A DNA stretch of 64,000 nucleotides from Chara braunii (taxonomy: Eukaryota > Plantae > Charophyceae), in the NCBI GenBank assembly GCA_003427395.1, contig BFEA01000030.1:926418-990417 (forward strand), in the 5' to 3' direction. The translations under genes were made by a program, and so were the position numbers. The notes beneath the pieces were generated by a model. It did no database searches, was not told where the DNA came from, and worked only from the letters and a program-made list of their open reading frames with translations. Shown one piece after another: positions 13,007 through 25,789 of the stretch. Position 1 is the first letter of the stretch; each line of letters opens with the position of its first letter.

Positions 13007-13216
13007 TGTTCTTGCGTGGCTCTGGTCCACTCAAGTATTTAGACGGTCGATCTTTCGACCCGCTCGTGGTTCTCTATGCTATCGCCGATTTTGCGAGCAC
13101 TACCTGTTTGTCTGATCTAACCGTCTCAACCCTAAGTTTATCTACCTGAACCATACTACAGTACTCGCCTACCCGNNNNNNNNNNNNNNNNNNNNNNNNN
13201 NNNNNNNNNNNNNNNN

Positions 13217-13288
<72 letters not shown>

Positions 13289-16235
13289 GTGTGTGTGTGT
13301 GTTCTAATTCGCTCAAGATTTCCACTATCAACCTCCCTACCTGTTCATAGTTCTGGTTTGCTATTGTCTACTCTGCGCGGCCTACCCATTATGTCTGATC
13401 TATGTGGTTCTACCTTTCCCAACCCTCAGCTTTTCTACCGGAACCATACTATTGTACATCATCACCTACCCTCCCTCCCTCCCCCCTTCTTTCTCTCTCT
13501 TATGGTTACCTTCAAGCTTGAATACAAGCCTTTGCCGTCGGTGTAGATGAGTTCATTTCCCACCCCAAGCCCCCTCCCAAAACGCCTTCCGGCTCATGAG
13601 GGACTGAAGTACTACCTGAAGGGCAGCCTGAAGGAGGCAAAGCCAATGCATCGCCCTTGCAGGGGCGCACGGCCTGCTGTTGTGACTGAACTCCATAGGA
13701 AGCATGCTGTGAAAACAACATTCTTCAATTCATAAATTTTGGTGTGTCCTTGAAAGTTTTTCTCTTACACTACTCCTTTTCTCCACTCTGTAGAGTTTCC
13801 ACCTGTCTCCTTCCTTGCAGAATCAGACAAGTTAGTGTCTCAGATGTTGAGCTTCCATCACGGAGCTTGACGGCTGCAAGACCCACTTTCCCTCCGCTAC
13901 ACACCCAGGGGCATGGCGGCTGAGCTCCATGTGACTATGGGTTCGCGTGTGGCTCGCCAGAGTTGGAAAAGAACCTCTTGGTTCTGGCTCCCGCCATTCT
14001 GGGGAGCAACAGTCCGGTTCCTATTCCCCTGGCAAGTCCATGAATAGTACAAGGTTGACTCACACCACGCTCCTCCCCATTAAGGTTGAGAGGCCCGAGT
14101 GGGCGGCATTGATTGCTTCCTTCGAGATGGTCGCGTAGATCTTGTATTTTGCCTAAATTTGTCGGTTACNATGCACAAGTTTATAATGGAAAATATTTTG
14201 TTGGTTTACAGAGTACTGAAGATATGGTTGGTCATAAATTTGGAGAATTTGCTTCTCCACGTAAAACTAGTCCATGACTTAACCTTGTATATTCAATAGA
14301 GTGAAACTTCCACTATAATATAATGCCAGAAGTCTAAGATCAATTTCTGACAAGTTGCTTATAGAGTTTAGATGGTTGCACTTCGTGCCTAAAGAGAACT
14401 TGAACCCAAAGGCAAACATGAAAAGAACTGCGGGAAAGTCAATCTTCGCTTCGGGATTCGTTTCGGAAAACATAGAAGACCCTGCCCGTGTCACGAACAG
14501 CGGGCGCTCCAGCACCGTTGCCCGCTTCTTGGCTCCATCACTTTTGGTTCCTTTTTCAGTCACTCGCTGTAGATTCTTTCTATTGCTTGGATTCTGTTTG
14601 TGCCTTTGAACTGTGAGGACAGATGGAGCTCTGCCCGCGGTGTTAAGCTGAATTGATGTGTAGCCTTGGGTACTAAGCCCCGCCATAAAGATGATCATGT
14701 TTTTTTTTTTTTTTTTTTGAATTCAAGGGGGGAGGAAAAAGAAAAAGCACAAGGCTACCTAGCTCGCGTGGTTGAGGGTCTCGCTCCACTTCTCACCAAA
14801 GAAATAAACGATAGAAGGCGACAGGCAGCGCTAGTAAATCGAGCACGGGCGCCGTCAAAGGGGGAGGGGTGGTTCGGATCCAGGGTGCCCGAATGAGAAG
14901 GGAAAGTAGGGGGGTTAGGAGAACCCTAAACCCCTAAGAAAACCCTCACCAGAGTTTGAGTGGCTAGGGTAGGGTACCGGTGACCTAATCAAGAAAATGA
15001 AATAGCAAGAATGGGGGGAGGCGGAAGGAAAAATAAATAAACAGTGTGGAAAGAAAGGTACAAGGGGCGTCTTTGCTTTGGATGGATGTCTGAGTGGTTG
15101 AAGGTATCAGTCTACATGTTCCTCATGTTTTATCTTTTTCTAATTGGATGTTAGGTGGAAGGGAGGGAACATGTGAGGGAGTCAGCCAGAGAGTGAAAAT
15201 AACAAGGAAAATGGGGATTGCCCGGCCTCTCTGCGTATTTGGAAGTGGTGGATCAAGAATGGGAATATATCTCTGGTGGCGCATCGAGCTGCGACAAAAA
15301 CTGATGCCCTCTGGGTGGTATCCCAGACAACCTTTCCCGTTTAAACCACCGGTACATGGCCCCAGGCAACTGGAAAATGTGTTTCGAGCCTCTCCGGAAA
15401 TTTAGGAGGCTGAGCGCCGTAGATAAAATGAATCGGCAGCGGGCGGCCTCCGAAATGGGCCCGCAGCCGACAGCTGGCATGTACCAGTGCTTGAAAAGGG
15501 TGGGGATATGTGGCTCAGATTCTGAGAGCCGTGGTTTGCACTTTTTTTTTTTTTTTTTTTTTTTTGGAAAACCGGTCCCCCCCCTAGGAGAGGTGAGCCG
15601 TGGTTTGCTCTACAATGACATGGCAGGGGAGAAATAATTGTTGTCTTCGACGGAAATGACTGTCGAATAAGCAGATCCGTGCAACGATACTTCAGGGGAT
15701 CAGATATTCCATCTTGGCGCACTGGCAACGAAAAGTACTGAAATTCGAGAACGAGACAAGTGGGTTGGCGCGGTTCAGAGACACATGGTGGATGCGTGCT
15801 ACCTTGGAAAAGGCCAGAGAAGAGGGTAAACTTTCAGCTTAGGCTTGCTTGTTCGACCCGGGCGCTTGGTTGCCCTGTACTGTCGTTGTAGACAGGCAGT
15901 GGGCTTTTCGGCGGAGGGAGCGTATTGAACATGACCAGAATCTCGAGCTGAGACTCCTACCGATTTAGGTGGGACCCTTTCAGTACGGGGGAAGTAGGTT
16001 CTCGTATACTTGTTTGCATTGTTGTAGACTATAAATAGTAAGTAGGACAATAGTAGCATAGTAAGTAGGACAGAGCACCAGTACAACACAATACGGCCCG
16101 CGGGTGTCAGCATCAAACCCGCACCACTTCGGAGGCCGCCGATCCTTTTTTTCAACGACGACCCTTGGCGCGCGGCGCCTCCGAGTTGTGCTTGTGGCGA
16201 CAAAAAACTTTATGCAAGGCTGATGGGGGTGTGTA

Positions 16236-16346
16236 CTACCGTCTTCACCAGAATAGAACGCCCGGTCATTATCGCTGAATTTGGTGCAACTTTCAGTCTA
16301 GATGCGGCCATAATGACCGGGCGTTCTACTCGGGTGAAGACGGTAG
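16236..16346. repeat. 111-bp foldback with ~37-bp arms (tiny MITE or hairpin RNA source)
   Basis: ctaccgtcttcaccagaatagaacgcccggtcattat ... ataatgaccgggcgttctactcgggtgaagacggtag. Confidence 0.8.
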
Positions 16347-16481
16347 CGGTATACGAGGTGAGCATAGGATGACTCTCCTTTGTTACTTTCTTTTTGAAGA
16401 TCTGGACTGTTTAACTGTTTCTTCCTTTTTTGACATTAGCCCTAGTTAAAAATAAGTTAGGTTAAAACATAAAAGAGGTTA

Positions 16482-16681
16482 TAACTTATAAGTTAGTCTT
16501 CTCGGTGTTCCTTGCTTGTACTTTTGCTTGCCAGTGACGAGTAATGCAGACTGACCACCCCCAGAGTGGAAGGGACTTGTGTAACTTATAAGTTAGTCTT
16601 CTCGGTGTTCCTTGCTTGTACTTTTGCTTGCCAGTGACGAGTAATGCAGACTGACCACCCCAAGAGTGGAAGGGACTTGTG
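16482..16681. repeat. Near-identical 100-bp tandem duplication, possibly an assembly artefact
   Basis: taacttataagttagtcttctcgg...agagtggaagggacttgtg twice, next to a single n and adapter sequence. Confidence 0.75.
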
Positions 16682-16702
16682 TGTTGTGGGGAACAGAAAA
16701 AN

Positions 16703-16892
16703 ATTCTGGGTCGATAACATGGCCGACTCCTAAAGCAACGAACCCCCATTCCAGATACTCCTTGGAGAAAGAGAATGTGTCCATTGCGAGTAACTTTTAG
16801 TTATTATCATTTCTTCTAAGTTCAGGGTAACTTGGAAGAAAAAAAATCGAAAGAGAATGAAAATCATTTGAACAGGTATAAGTAGATAAGGT
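16703..16892 (+). other. Misplaced mate-pair read segment matching 36447-36636
   Basis: attctgggtcgataacatgg...agtagataaggt matches the 36.4-36.6 kb sequence; bounded by an n on the left and the Nextera junction on the right. Confidence 0.8.
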
Positions 16893-16930
16893 CTGTCTCT
16901 TATACACATCTAGATGTGTATAAGAGACAG
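16893..16930. other. Nextera mate-pair junction adapter (two inverted Tn5 mosaic ends); technical contaminant
   Basis: Exact CTGTCTCTTATACACATCT + AGATGTGTATAAGAGACAG. Confidence 0.97.
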
Positions 16931-17349
16931 TGGTAGAATACCTTGCTAGTGGGTTCAGGCCCCAGGGGTCACATTGAAATTTTTTTCCAAATTTAAACTT
17001 TTTTTTTTTTTTTTTTTTTTGGCCTCGCTGAATCCACCCCTTCCCTCCTTCCCTCCTCAAAATTCTTTTTTGTTGTTATTTCCTTAGCGGATCCCCTGCT
17101 TCCCCTTCTATGGGAGCATTGTTTAGCCTACCTCGGATATACCGGACAGTAGTTGCAGGCACCAGCGCTAGGTCTAGACAACCCCAACCCAGTCTCAGTT
17201 GAAGCACCGCTGAACGAGCCACGTCTCTTGGGCACTTCAGTCCAAGCATAGTCGTCCTATTATGCAGGGCACTTCGGTCCAAGCAGAGTCGGATGGCGAG
17301 TATTCCAACGAAGCTATCATATGCAGTGTCTACTGGCTCTACCCTGGCC

Positions 17350-17522
17350 GAAGTTTATGTTTTTATGTTATTGCAGCATCAAAACGAAATTCTGAATTCT
17401 CTACAGAGGCTGGATTAAAATATTTTATTCTAGGTGCCCTTTCCTCTGGGATTTTCTTATTCGGTTGTTCTATGATTTATGGATTTACAGGAGTGACCAA
17501 TTTTGAAGAATCAGCCAAAAAT
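17350..17522 (+). pseudogene. nad2: Mitochondrial nad2 fragment (NUMT)
   Basis: [56 protein letters not shown]; AT-rich island with abrupt borders. Confidence 0.92.
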
Positions 17523-20458
17523 AACTTAAGACAGCCCCTGTAGCGGACCTCTGGTTGGCCTGTTCCCACAGGCCTCTGCTGTATTCGGGTTTGTCCAGTC
17601 TAGGGCGGTACCTCTGTCGGTATCAGCCAGTCCATTCCAGTCCAGTCAGTCCGCTGGGGTATACCCCAGCCAGAGTCTGTACTTGGATTCATTCTGCATT
17701 CGCACAGTTTGGAGTACGTGCGTTTGGAGTCTTGTGTGGGAGCTGCACTGTGTCATCTTGCTCAACCCTCATCCTCCATCTCCATCTCCATCCCAGGCGG
17801 AACACCGCACCCGGTGGGTCCGCCACACTGGTATCAGAGAGGGAATGTTCCTCGCTCCCACCCACCACGCCGCACAATGGGAAATACGGTGTAAAACCGG
17901 ACAGCAGGTTTTTGGCTGTTTTTCGGTCGTTTTCAGAGAAAAACTGCGGGAAAAAGTGACGAAAGGTGCAGCAGCAATGGAGTGACACGTGGCGAGAAAA
18001 GAGAGAGGTCGGTCACGACGCGCGCGCGCCAAGGCGCCAAGGCCAAGGCCGTCGCACACGCACGTGCCACGTTGTCGTGTTGCCCCACCCCACCCTGCTC
18101 CTGGATTAGTTTTATCAAGATCCGAGATGCATGTTGCTGCCAGGCAGCTGCTGGCCATGCGCGTGCGTAGCTAGTGCTGTAACACACTGGCCAAAGCGTG
18201 TGGATGGCTTAGTAGTGCAGCACGCTGGTGTTGAAGAGTGTTGTGCCAACTATTTATCCCCCCCCCCCCCNNNNNNNNNNNNNNNNNNNNNNNNNNNNNN
18301 NNNNNNNNNNNNNNNGTTGAAGAGTGTTGTGCCAACTATTTATCCCCCCCCCCCCCACCCCCGGTGGCGGAGGCAACGTGGCTCCTGCTGCCTGCACACG
18401 TGGCCATCTGCAGTGCCACATCGCAGTTTGCTGAGGAGCTGAAGACACCCCCTGCCTAGGGTGCTGCAGTACAGTCCAATCTGTGTGGTTGATCAAGATC
18501 TCAGCACACCCAGCTGATGATGATGATGCTGGCCATTATTTTTTGTATTGCTGCACCAGCAGTTTGCCAGCAGTGAAGACCCCCCTGGCTAGGGGGCTGG
18601 CGTGAGGGCAACCAGGGTGGCTGATCAAGATCTCAACCAACCCTCGAGTACTTCAATATTATTTTTCTGCTGCAGCAGCACGCCGCCAGCATCTTGAAGA
18701 CCAAGATTCAGTGGATCTTGGTGATCTTGTTGTTCTTACCCTAACCATTCAAACTCCGGTTAGGGTTTTCTTAGGGTTTTTTAGGGTTTAGGGTTTTTCT
18801 AACCGACGCGGGTCTATGTTCCTAGCACAACATACCACCAATACATTAGGGGTTATAGTATATTATTGGGGGTGTTATATTGTTATTATTTTATTTTTTT
18901 GGCAGAACGGGACGTAGAGCGGGTGTTGATATGAGAAGACACTCCCTCTACATTTTCGTTCTTGGATGACTCTGTTTCATTGGTGTGGAGCTGCACCCCT
19001 TGCGATTATCATATCGAGGGGGCATCGATCCAGTAGGTCGTACCAGTTCATTGTGGGGCCGATTCCTGCCAGGAAAAAGCTCTGGATCATTCCCCCATGC
19101 ACGCCTAATAAGTTACAAACGGGATTCAGGGTATTATCAACCTTTCCTGCTAATTTCATACGGAGGAGGCAGAGTCGTTAGACCCGAACCGCACCACTTC
19201 GCCGCAGAGCCGATTCCTGCTAGGGATAACCTCCGACCTACCTTCCTCTACCCCCCTTGCTATTATCATATCAAGGGGGCAGGGTTATCGATCTCGTTCC
19301 CTGCACCAGTTCACCGCAGGGTCAATTCCTGCCAAGAAAAACCTTCAGCCCAACCCCCCCCGGCACCCTTAATTTGTTATCACTTCTTACTGATCATGTT
19401 ATCATGAGAATATTATCACCCCCTCCTGGTCATGTTATCATTAGGGTGTTATCACCCCCTGCTAGTTTCATATCAAGGGGGCAAAGTTATCAATCCGGTA
19501 ACCACACCAGTTCGCTGTAGGGGTGATTTTCTACCAGGGAAAACCTTTCACCCACCCTTTTTTGCACCCCATTCTATAGGTTAATCTATACATTATGGTT
19601 CATGTTATCTATCAGGATTATTGGTTATATATGTCCTGACCAGTCTTCTGCCCCCTATTCTGGGGGTGTCCAGTTGCTTATCACCGGCAAGCAAATTTTT
19701 TACATCCATTAAAGAAAGGGAGGACAACAGACAAAAGAAAAGCAACGACCCAACCCTTGTGATAGCACCCAGTCACGCAACTGTTACAGGTCAACTCTCG
19801 AAAGGAGGCATCTGTGGCAGTTCCTCAAGCCACTTATGGGTTTTCACGCTTCTTCTTTTTTATAACTAAACCATCATGTGAAACAACTATCTGAAAGATG
19901 ATACGAGCATCTTTCGGATTGGAGTCTGTGATCGATGACCTCATCTATTCGTGGGGAGTTTCGCGTGTTGAAAATCAGGTCCAGAGTCGCAAATGAGAGA
20001 CTCGTTGCATCATTCGTAGTGTTCCAGCGGGGAATCTCTCCTCTAAACGTCTTCACTTATCTGGGCGCCAGAGAGAAACATTCACTGCAAGTGTATTGAG
20101 AGGCACCCGATTCGTAGGACCGGAGCTCTACTATTCCTATGCAGATAATTAGTTGTTGATGCAGGTCTAACTCTAATTTCTTCCACAAATTGTCTTATTG
20201 TCCTTCTATACTTTCACAAAAAAAACAGGATGAAGATGAGAGAGTGACACCACGTCGGTCTAGGGCCCAACAACCATGGAGATAAAGTAATCCTCCCTTT
20301 CCTATTCCTCGAAACCAACTTCTCATCCCTCCCCCATATATCGAAAAATATTTGACCTCGTTTGCGAGGCCCTACGCTTGCAGGGGTCCCCTCTATATAG
20401 TCTTAGGAGTAGTGGTAGAAAGGTAGTGAAAGGCAAAAAATAATGTAAGAGAACATAG

Positions 20459-20500
<42 letters not shown>

Positions 20501-20529
20501 TAGAGTTGGTTTTTACCAAGTTGCTGTTT

Positions 20530-21050
20530 TTTTTCCGATATGTCAAAATCATCGCTCTGATATTCCACAAGACTATCTATCATAGTAAAAAAAAATTTAG
20601 CACAGTCTGTCAATCCTTACCTCCCATATAATGTTTAGGATAGCTGCCCGCACAGCGGCAGCCATGTACCCCTACCCCTTGGCTTCCGAAAAGCCTTGGG
20701 GAAGGATGTCTTCCATTACGATATTTTTTGTCTCAGCGTATCACTTGCGGCTCGAATTTGTCCCGGCAATTGCTCCCCCACATCCAGATGCGCTTGGACT
20801 CAATGCAATCCCACCACAAATGTTGCTCTGCTTCCTTCCCTTTTCTACATCTGCAACAGTGTTCAGGGATTTGCGTATTCCTTTGACTCGACCACTTGGC
20901 CGTTGGAATGGCCCTGTGTGATTGTAGCCAAGCCAAACTGGAAAACTTAACTGACAGGAAGAATCTTCTTTAAGGATTTTCATAGCTTTTTAAGGTCCTT
21001 GGTTGTGATCAACTCTTCCCTGGCCTTCCACTTTCCATATACCCTTAACC
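20530..21050 (-). mobile_element. LINE ORF2 C-terminal remnant (zf-RVT)
   Basis: EEAEQHLWWDCIESKRIWMW and RAAILNIIWEVRIDRL on the minus strand; colinear with the RT piece across the 21051-22030 MITE. Confidence 0.7.
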
Positions 21051-22030
21051 TTAAACCACCGGTACCTCTCTCAATTATTGATGACGACCCTATAAATGCG
21101 ATGCGCGCCAATTTTTGTTGAGCCTAGAGGGGGCAGGGGAAATTTGTTGGCTGGTACTTGTACCAGTTGCAGCAGGAACAAAACTCGGTCGTCCTTCTCT
21201 TGTTTTCATTCACATACCACCCCGGGTCTGGCCAGAAGTGCAGCCAGATGCATTCTAGAAAAAACTCGCTGGCAACTACTTTCATTGTTGTCCCACGAGG
21301 TATCACGTCGGAAACCGCCAAGAATCTTTCGCCAAAAAAAATAAAAAAGGAAAAACAGAGGCCAAGAAGGGGAAAGGTATACGAAGCTCCGGATGTGATT
21401 GCCTTCAGATTCATCTACCGTGGAAAAAGGTATGCCAAGCTCTGGACGTTATCGTTTCGGATTCATCTACCGCGACCCTTAATTTAGGCCAGATGCACGC
21501 TGTAGAGTTGCAATTTCGAATGTAGGCCCGATATAGAGAACTGATAGGCATTGGTTGCTTCTCGTCTCTCACGGGGAGACATGTCATAAACAGTCGTGGG
21601 CTAACGGAATACCAAGCTCTGGGCATTATTGCCTTCAGATTCATCCACGGGTACCCACATGAAAGGTCGGATACATGCTAGGAATTGCAAGTATAGTGAA
21701 CCCCTAGAATCAAACGGGCTGGCAGGCACTCAACTTCCGTCCGTCTCTCATGGGAAGCAACGAATGTCTGTCGGCACTCTCCATTTCAGGGCTCCAGTCC
21801 ACTTCGACAATTTCAAGCATATATCTAACATTACTTCAGGGTCTAGGGGATGAATTTGATGGCAATCACATCAACAGTTATGTATGCCCTTAGCCCTTTT
21901 CTTTTCTTTTTTTGAAGAAGAAGAAGATTTTTGGCTCTCTTTTTGAAACAACGTGACTCCTAAAATTACGAAGAACCTGGCAGCAAATCCCGACTTCTGA
22001 AAAAGAAAAAGAAAATATTTGGTGGTTTAA
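21051..22030. mobile_element. TTAA-flanked MITE inserted in the LINE
   Basis: ttaa-accaccggtacc ... atatttggtggt-ttaa; internal repeats gccttcagattcatc. Confidence 0.65.
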
Positions 22031-23716
22031 AATCTATTGTTTTAGACTAATGTGAGTGGCATAGCCTAAAAACTGGGAAGGTTCAACCCCAGTGCGATGT
22101 AATGCCAACAACTGAGTTATTAATGTAGTACTCACGGGCAAATGTATCCCCTCTTATGTCTTAATGACCACAACCTGGGCTATTTTGTGTTCCAGAGTAA
22201 TGCTTAGCTGATCAAGGGTATGATCCATGAGCATTCCCCTGTCCCTATATTTTGAAACCGAGCGAGCTATCGCTTCCACAATTTATAGAGGGCTTCATTT
22301 TATTCCCCGTCCCCTTGCTCCTTCCACTAGTCAGCATCCCTCTCACGATTCCAAGTTTTTCAATCTTCTCAACTCAAATGGGAGGAATACTATCGATATT
22401 CGCTTGGATGATGTCCTCTACAAAACAAAGATTATGCAGTTTCGACTTCAATTCCAAGGGGGATCTCCACTGTTTGAGCTTCGAATTCCAGAGGTTCTTA
22501 ATACTCGAGACCCCCTTTTGGATCCACTTATGGTCAAAAGCCCTCGTGTCCTCGTTTGCCGACCAGGGGGCTCCTTCCTCGTCACACAACCATCTGTTCT
22601 CAAAGAGGTGTTGCACCAAGATCTCATATACTATCTTTGGCTCTTGACACTGAGTAGGCAGACCCATCATCCACGTCTGCAAAATGTCCACCCATACCCC
22701 CTAGGAGCCTTTTTCCTCAGGAAGGACTTCATTAATAGGCATACCCCTACATCCTCCCTCCTTTGTAAATCCCAAGTTTTTATCCAGATAGAGAACCGAG
22801 CGTTCTCCAAGGGTGACCCATGTTGACAAAGAGAAGCTTGAAAACCCATCTCGCTAGGAGGGCAGATATCTGTAGTTTGGGGTCCAATATTCCTAAGACC
22901 CCTCCCTCTTTGGCGATTGAGACTTTATTCCATGCCACCTTAAGCAGAATGTCGATTACATCTTCACAAGTGTCTTTCCATAGATATCTCGTGGTTGCAC
23001 TTCTTATTTTTTCGTATGTTTTTTTTTTCTTAGGCCTAATTGCACCTGGATACCATAAGCTTGAGAAGACCAAAGTATTTAGGAAAAACGCTTTACCTTG
23101 AGTGGACACACCAGGTAGTATTGAGGCCTACCCCATCTTTGCTCAGATCTTTCCTTTCATGATTGTTCTCGCTTGACTCTTCGCGCACACCATTTCCACC
23201 AGCACCCCCAGAAATTTTTCACACTCATTGACAGGTAAAGTCTTTAATCCCCAATCCAAACTCAGACCAGATCAGATTCCCTATTTCAGCAAAGCAATTG
23301 ACTTGGACCAGTTGACTAAGGGCTCTGAGAATGGTGAGACCTTGCAGGATTTATTTTTTCGTCTTAGAAAACCCCTGATTTGAGGGTTTTTCCTAATGGT
23401 CAGGAGCACTACCTCCATTTGAATGACAAATAGCATAGGTGTCATGGGGCATCCTTGTCTGAGCGATCTCGACAGGGCAAAGACTTAGGAGATCAGACTG
23501 TTCACCTTGACTTTCTCATCTCTTGGTGTACATTGTCTTAAACCATTTATAAAAATTTTCTGTAAACCCGACACTCTACAGAATGTCTAATATAAATTTT
23601 CAATTTACCCTATCACAAACTTTTTTGAAATCCAGGAGAAGTCTCACGTTCACTGGGTGATTTTCATTCATTATATCCAGAGCTTCAATGGTAAGGAGAA
23701 TATTCTCTAATAGAGA
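22031..23716 (-). mobile_element. L1/Tx1-clade LINE reverse transcriptase pseudogene
   Basis: SLLENILLTIEALDIM, LLDFKKVCDRVN*KFI, RSLRQGCPMTPMLFVIQME, KAFFLNTLVFSSLWY, KVAWNKVSIAKEGGVLGI; contains stops and frameshifts. Confidence 0.88.
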
Positions 23717-23879
23717 AATGAGTGTATCCCAAGTGATAAAAAAAAAAAACTAGAAAACAACAATCCATCACTTCTTTTTCGAAGTGATTGCTTCACACAT
23801 TTTCATAAACCCAAGATTTATGTTTAACGCGAGCAATGCGGACTTTTAGAGTCTGGATAAAGAAGAAAGAAAAATCAGA

Positions 23880-24102
23880 ATGCGTGAATTCGTTCTATTT
23901 GTCATTTTACTATTCAGTGATCTTCTATTTTTTTATGTGTTCTTTGAAAGTATTTTAATCCTTATGTTTATTATTATAGGGGTATGGGGTTCTAAACAGA
24001 GAAAAATACGAGCATATTAGTTTTTCTTATATACTTTACTTGGATCTGTTTTCATGCTTTTAGCTATTTGATTTATTTTGTTTCAAACAGGAACCACTGA
24101 TT
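23880..24102 (+). pseudogene. nad4: Mitochondrial nad4 fragment (decayed NUMT)
   Basis: DLLFFYVFFESILILMFIIIGVWGSKQRKIRAY*FFLYTLLGSVFMLLAI*FILFQTGTTD, with two in-frame stops. Confidence 0.9.
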
Positions 24103-24249
24103 GAATAATGGTGCTAAGGTTTTCAAACATTTTCCTTTTCCACTTTCCATTACCCATGGGACTCAAACCTATCAAAGGATCGAAGACAAGGCGCTAATGG
24201 AAGTTTTGAACCTTAATTGGGGAATACGGTCTTGTAAGATTTACTTGGA

Positions 24250-24283
24250 GAGCCTTATGCAATGAAAGTTGCACGTACGGTTT
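24250..24283 (+). other. Group II intron domain V (organellar origin)
   Basis: gagccttatgcaatgaaagttgcacgtacggttt: AGC triad, GAAA tetraloop and typical 34-nt DV hairpin. Confidence 0.85.
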
Positions 24284-24820
24284 GGAGGAGGAAAAAAACA
24301 AAGCATTTCGAATTTTGTGACATACAGCGTCATCAAAGCGACCTCACATTATTCATGCAGTGCTTACTTTTTATTTTATTTCTCATTCTTATCTTATCTC
24401 ACTTTTGTATGTCAAATTCAAAACATGTACGAGTTCACCTTACTGAAATATAATGGGCATAATCCGCAGGAAACCAACACACATCTTTGTAGGATTCTCA
24501 AAGATTATATGAGAAACAACTTCAGGCGGTTAGTATAGTCGCCTTGAAACAAGTTGAAGGTAGAGTTTGTGCTATGTAGAAACACATAGAGTGTTACTAG
24601 TGTATGTATACTGAGCAACGGTAGGCTCGAGCGGGCTAGTGGCCAACATAACAAGTAGAACGTCATGAGACAGTTACCGTTAGTGACTTGAAGAGAGCCC
24701 CGTACAAAGCCAGCTTGTTCGACACTACAAGAAACATACTTAACGAGGTGATAAGAGCATCCCCGGTAAGTAGATCCTGGCGTCGAAGGCTCCATCTATT
24801 GGTGGGGAGCTACACCTGCT

Positions 24821-25290
24821 GGAAATTGGGTCCAACGTCCCTATACAGTGATGTGAATGTATCTATTGGAAATGGAGTCCAGCGTCCCTGTACAATGGTG
24901 TGAATGAATTTGTTGGAAGTCGGGTCCAGCTTCCCTACGCGGAGATGTATTGGTATATCCAACTACCTATGCATACACGTTAAGCAATCTATGTTTGATG
25001 GACCTCTCATGTCCTACAGTCAGACACTATCCGGTCTGTCCATCTTATCTGTTGGAAGCAGTCTATGCCTGATGGACTTATTATGTCCTACAGTCCGACA
25101 CTGTCCAATCTGTCTGCCTTATCTGTTGGAAATTGGGTCCAGCGTCCCTGTACGATGATGTGAATGAGTCTTGTGGAAATCGGGTCCAGCGGCCTTATGC
25201 AGAGATGTATTGATGTCTCCAACTACCTATGCGTGCACGTTAAGCAATCTATGTCAGATGAACCTATCATGTCCTACAGTCAGAAATTGT
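24821..25290. repeat. 47-bp subrepeats within a ~260-bp tandem duplication
   Basis: ggaaa.tgggtcca.cgtccct.tac..tg.tgtgaatg at 24821, 24868, 24915, 25128, 25175. Confidence 0.75.
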
Positions 25291-25789
25291 CTGTACTCTA
25301 TCCCCTACCCCATCATAGGATCATGGTAAGCAGGGCATGAAGCCCAATTCTGTAAAACAATCCAGCAATCAAAAACCTAACGTCAAACCCTAACCCCGAT
25401 ATAAAGCAAAATTGCAGGGTTGATGTACTATATGTGAGTTGGAAGTCGACCATATATGCACTTGGCTCACCTGTATCACCAAACGGAGCAAAGGCATTGA
25501 TTACTTCCAACCCAGGAGAAGGGTTGACCTTCTGCTCGTAAAAGCATTGAGGGTTAGGAAGATGAGAAGCCATCAAGGCAAATCATCTCAGAGCTCTCAT
25601 CTATCCTATCCCCACCCGACACCAGTAAAGAATACACGATTCGTCATGAGAAAACACCAGGTAGGGGGGGGGGGGGACAGTAAATCTTACCTCCAACCTG
25701 AAACCCCACTTCACCAGCCGCAACAAACCACTAATTCTCATGATGCTAATAAGGATCTTGGATGCAGAAGCTCCACTCTCTGCCCCTCT

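Noticed and set aside
13510-13760. Minus-strand LIYTDGKGLYSSL resembling Ty1/copia RNase H
   Set aside because: One short motif without supporting neighbours; too weak to call
16893-16930. Perfect 38-bp palindrome as a natural Tn5-like transposon end
   Set aside because: Identical to the Nextera mate-pair junction adapter
17436-17515. nad2 codons CTT and TCA as unedited C-to-U RNA editing sites
   Set aside because: Could equally be lineage sequence or NUMT mutation; cannot be judged without host mtDNA
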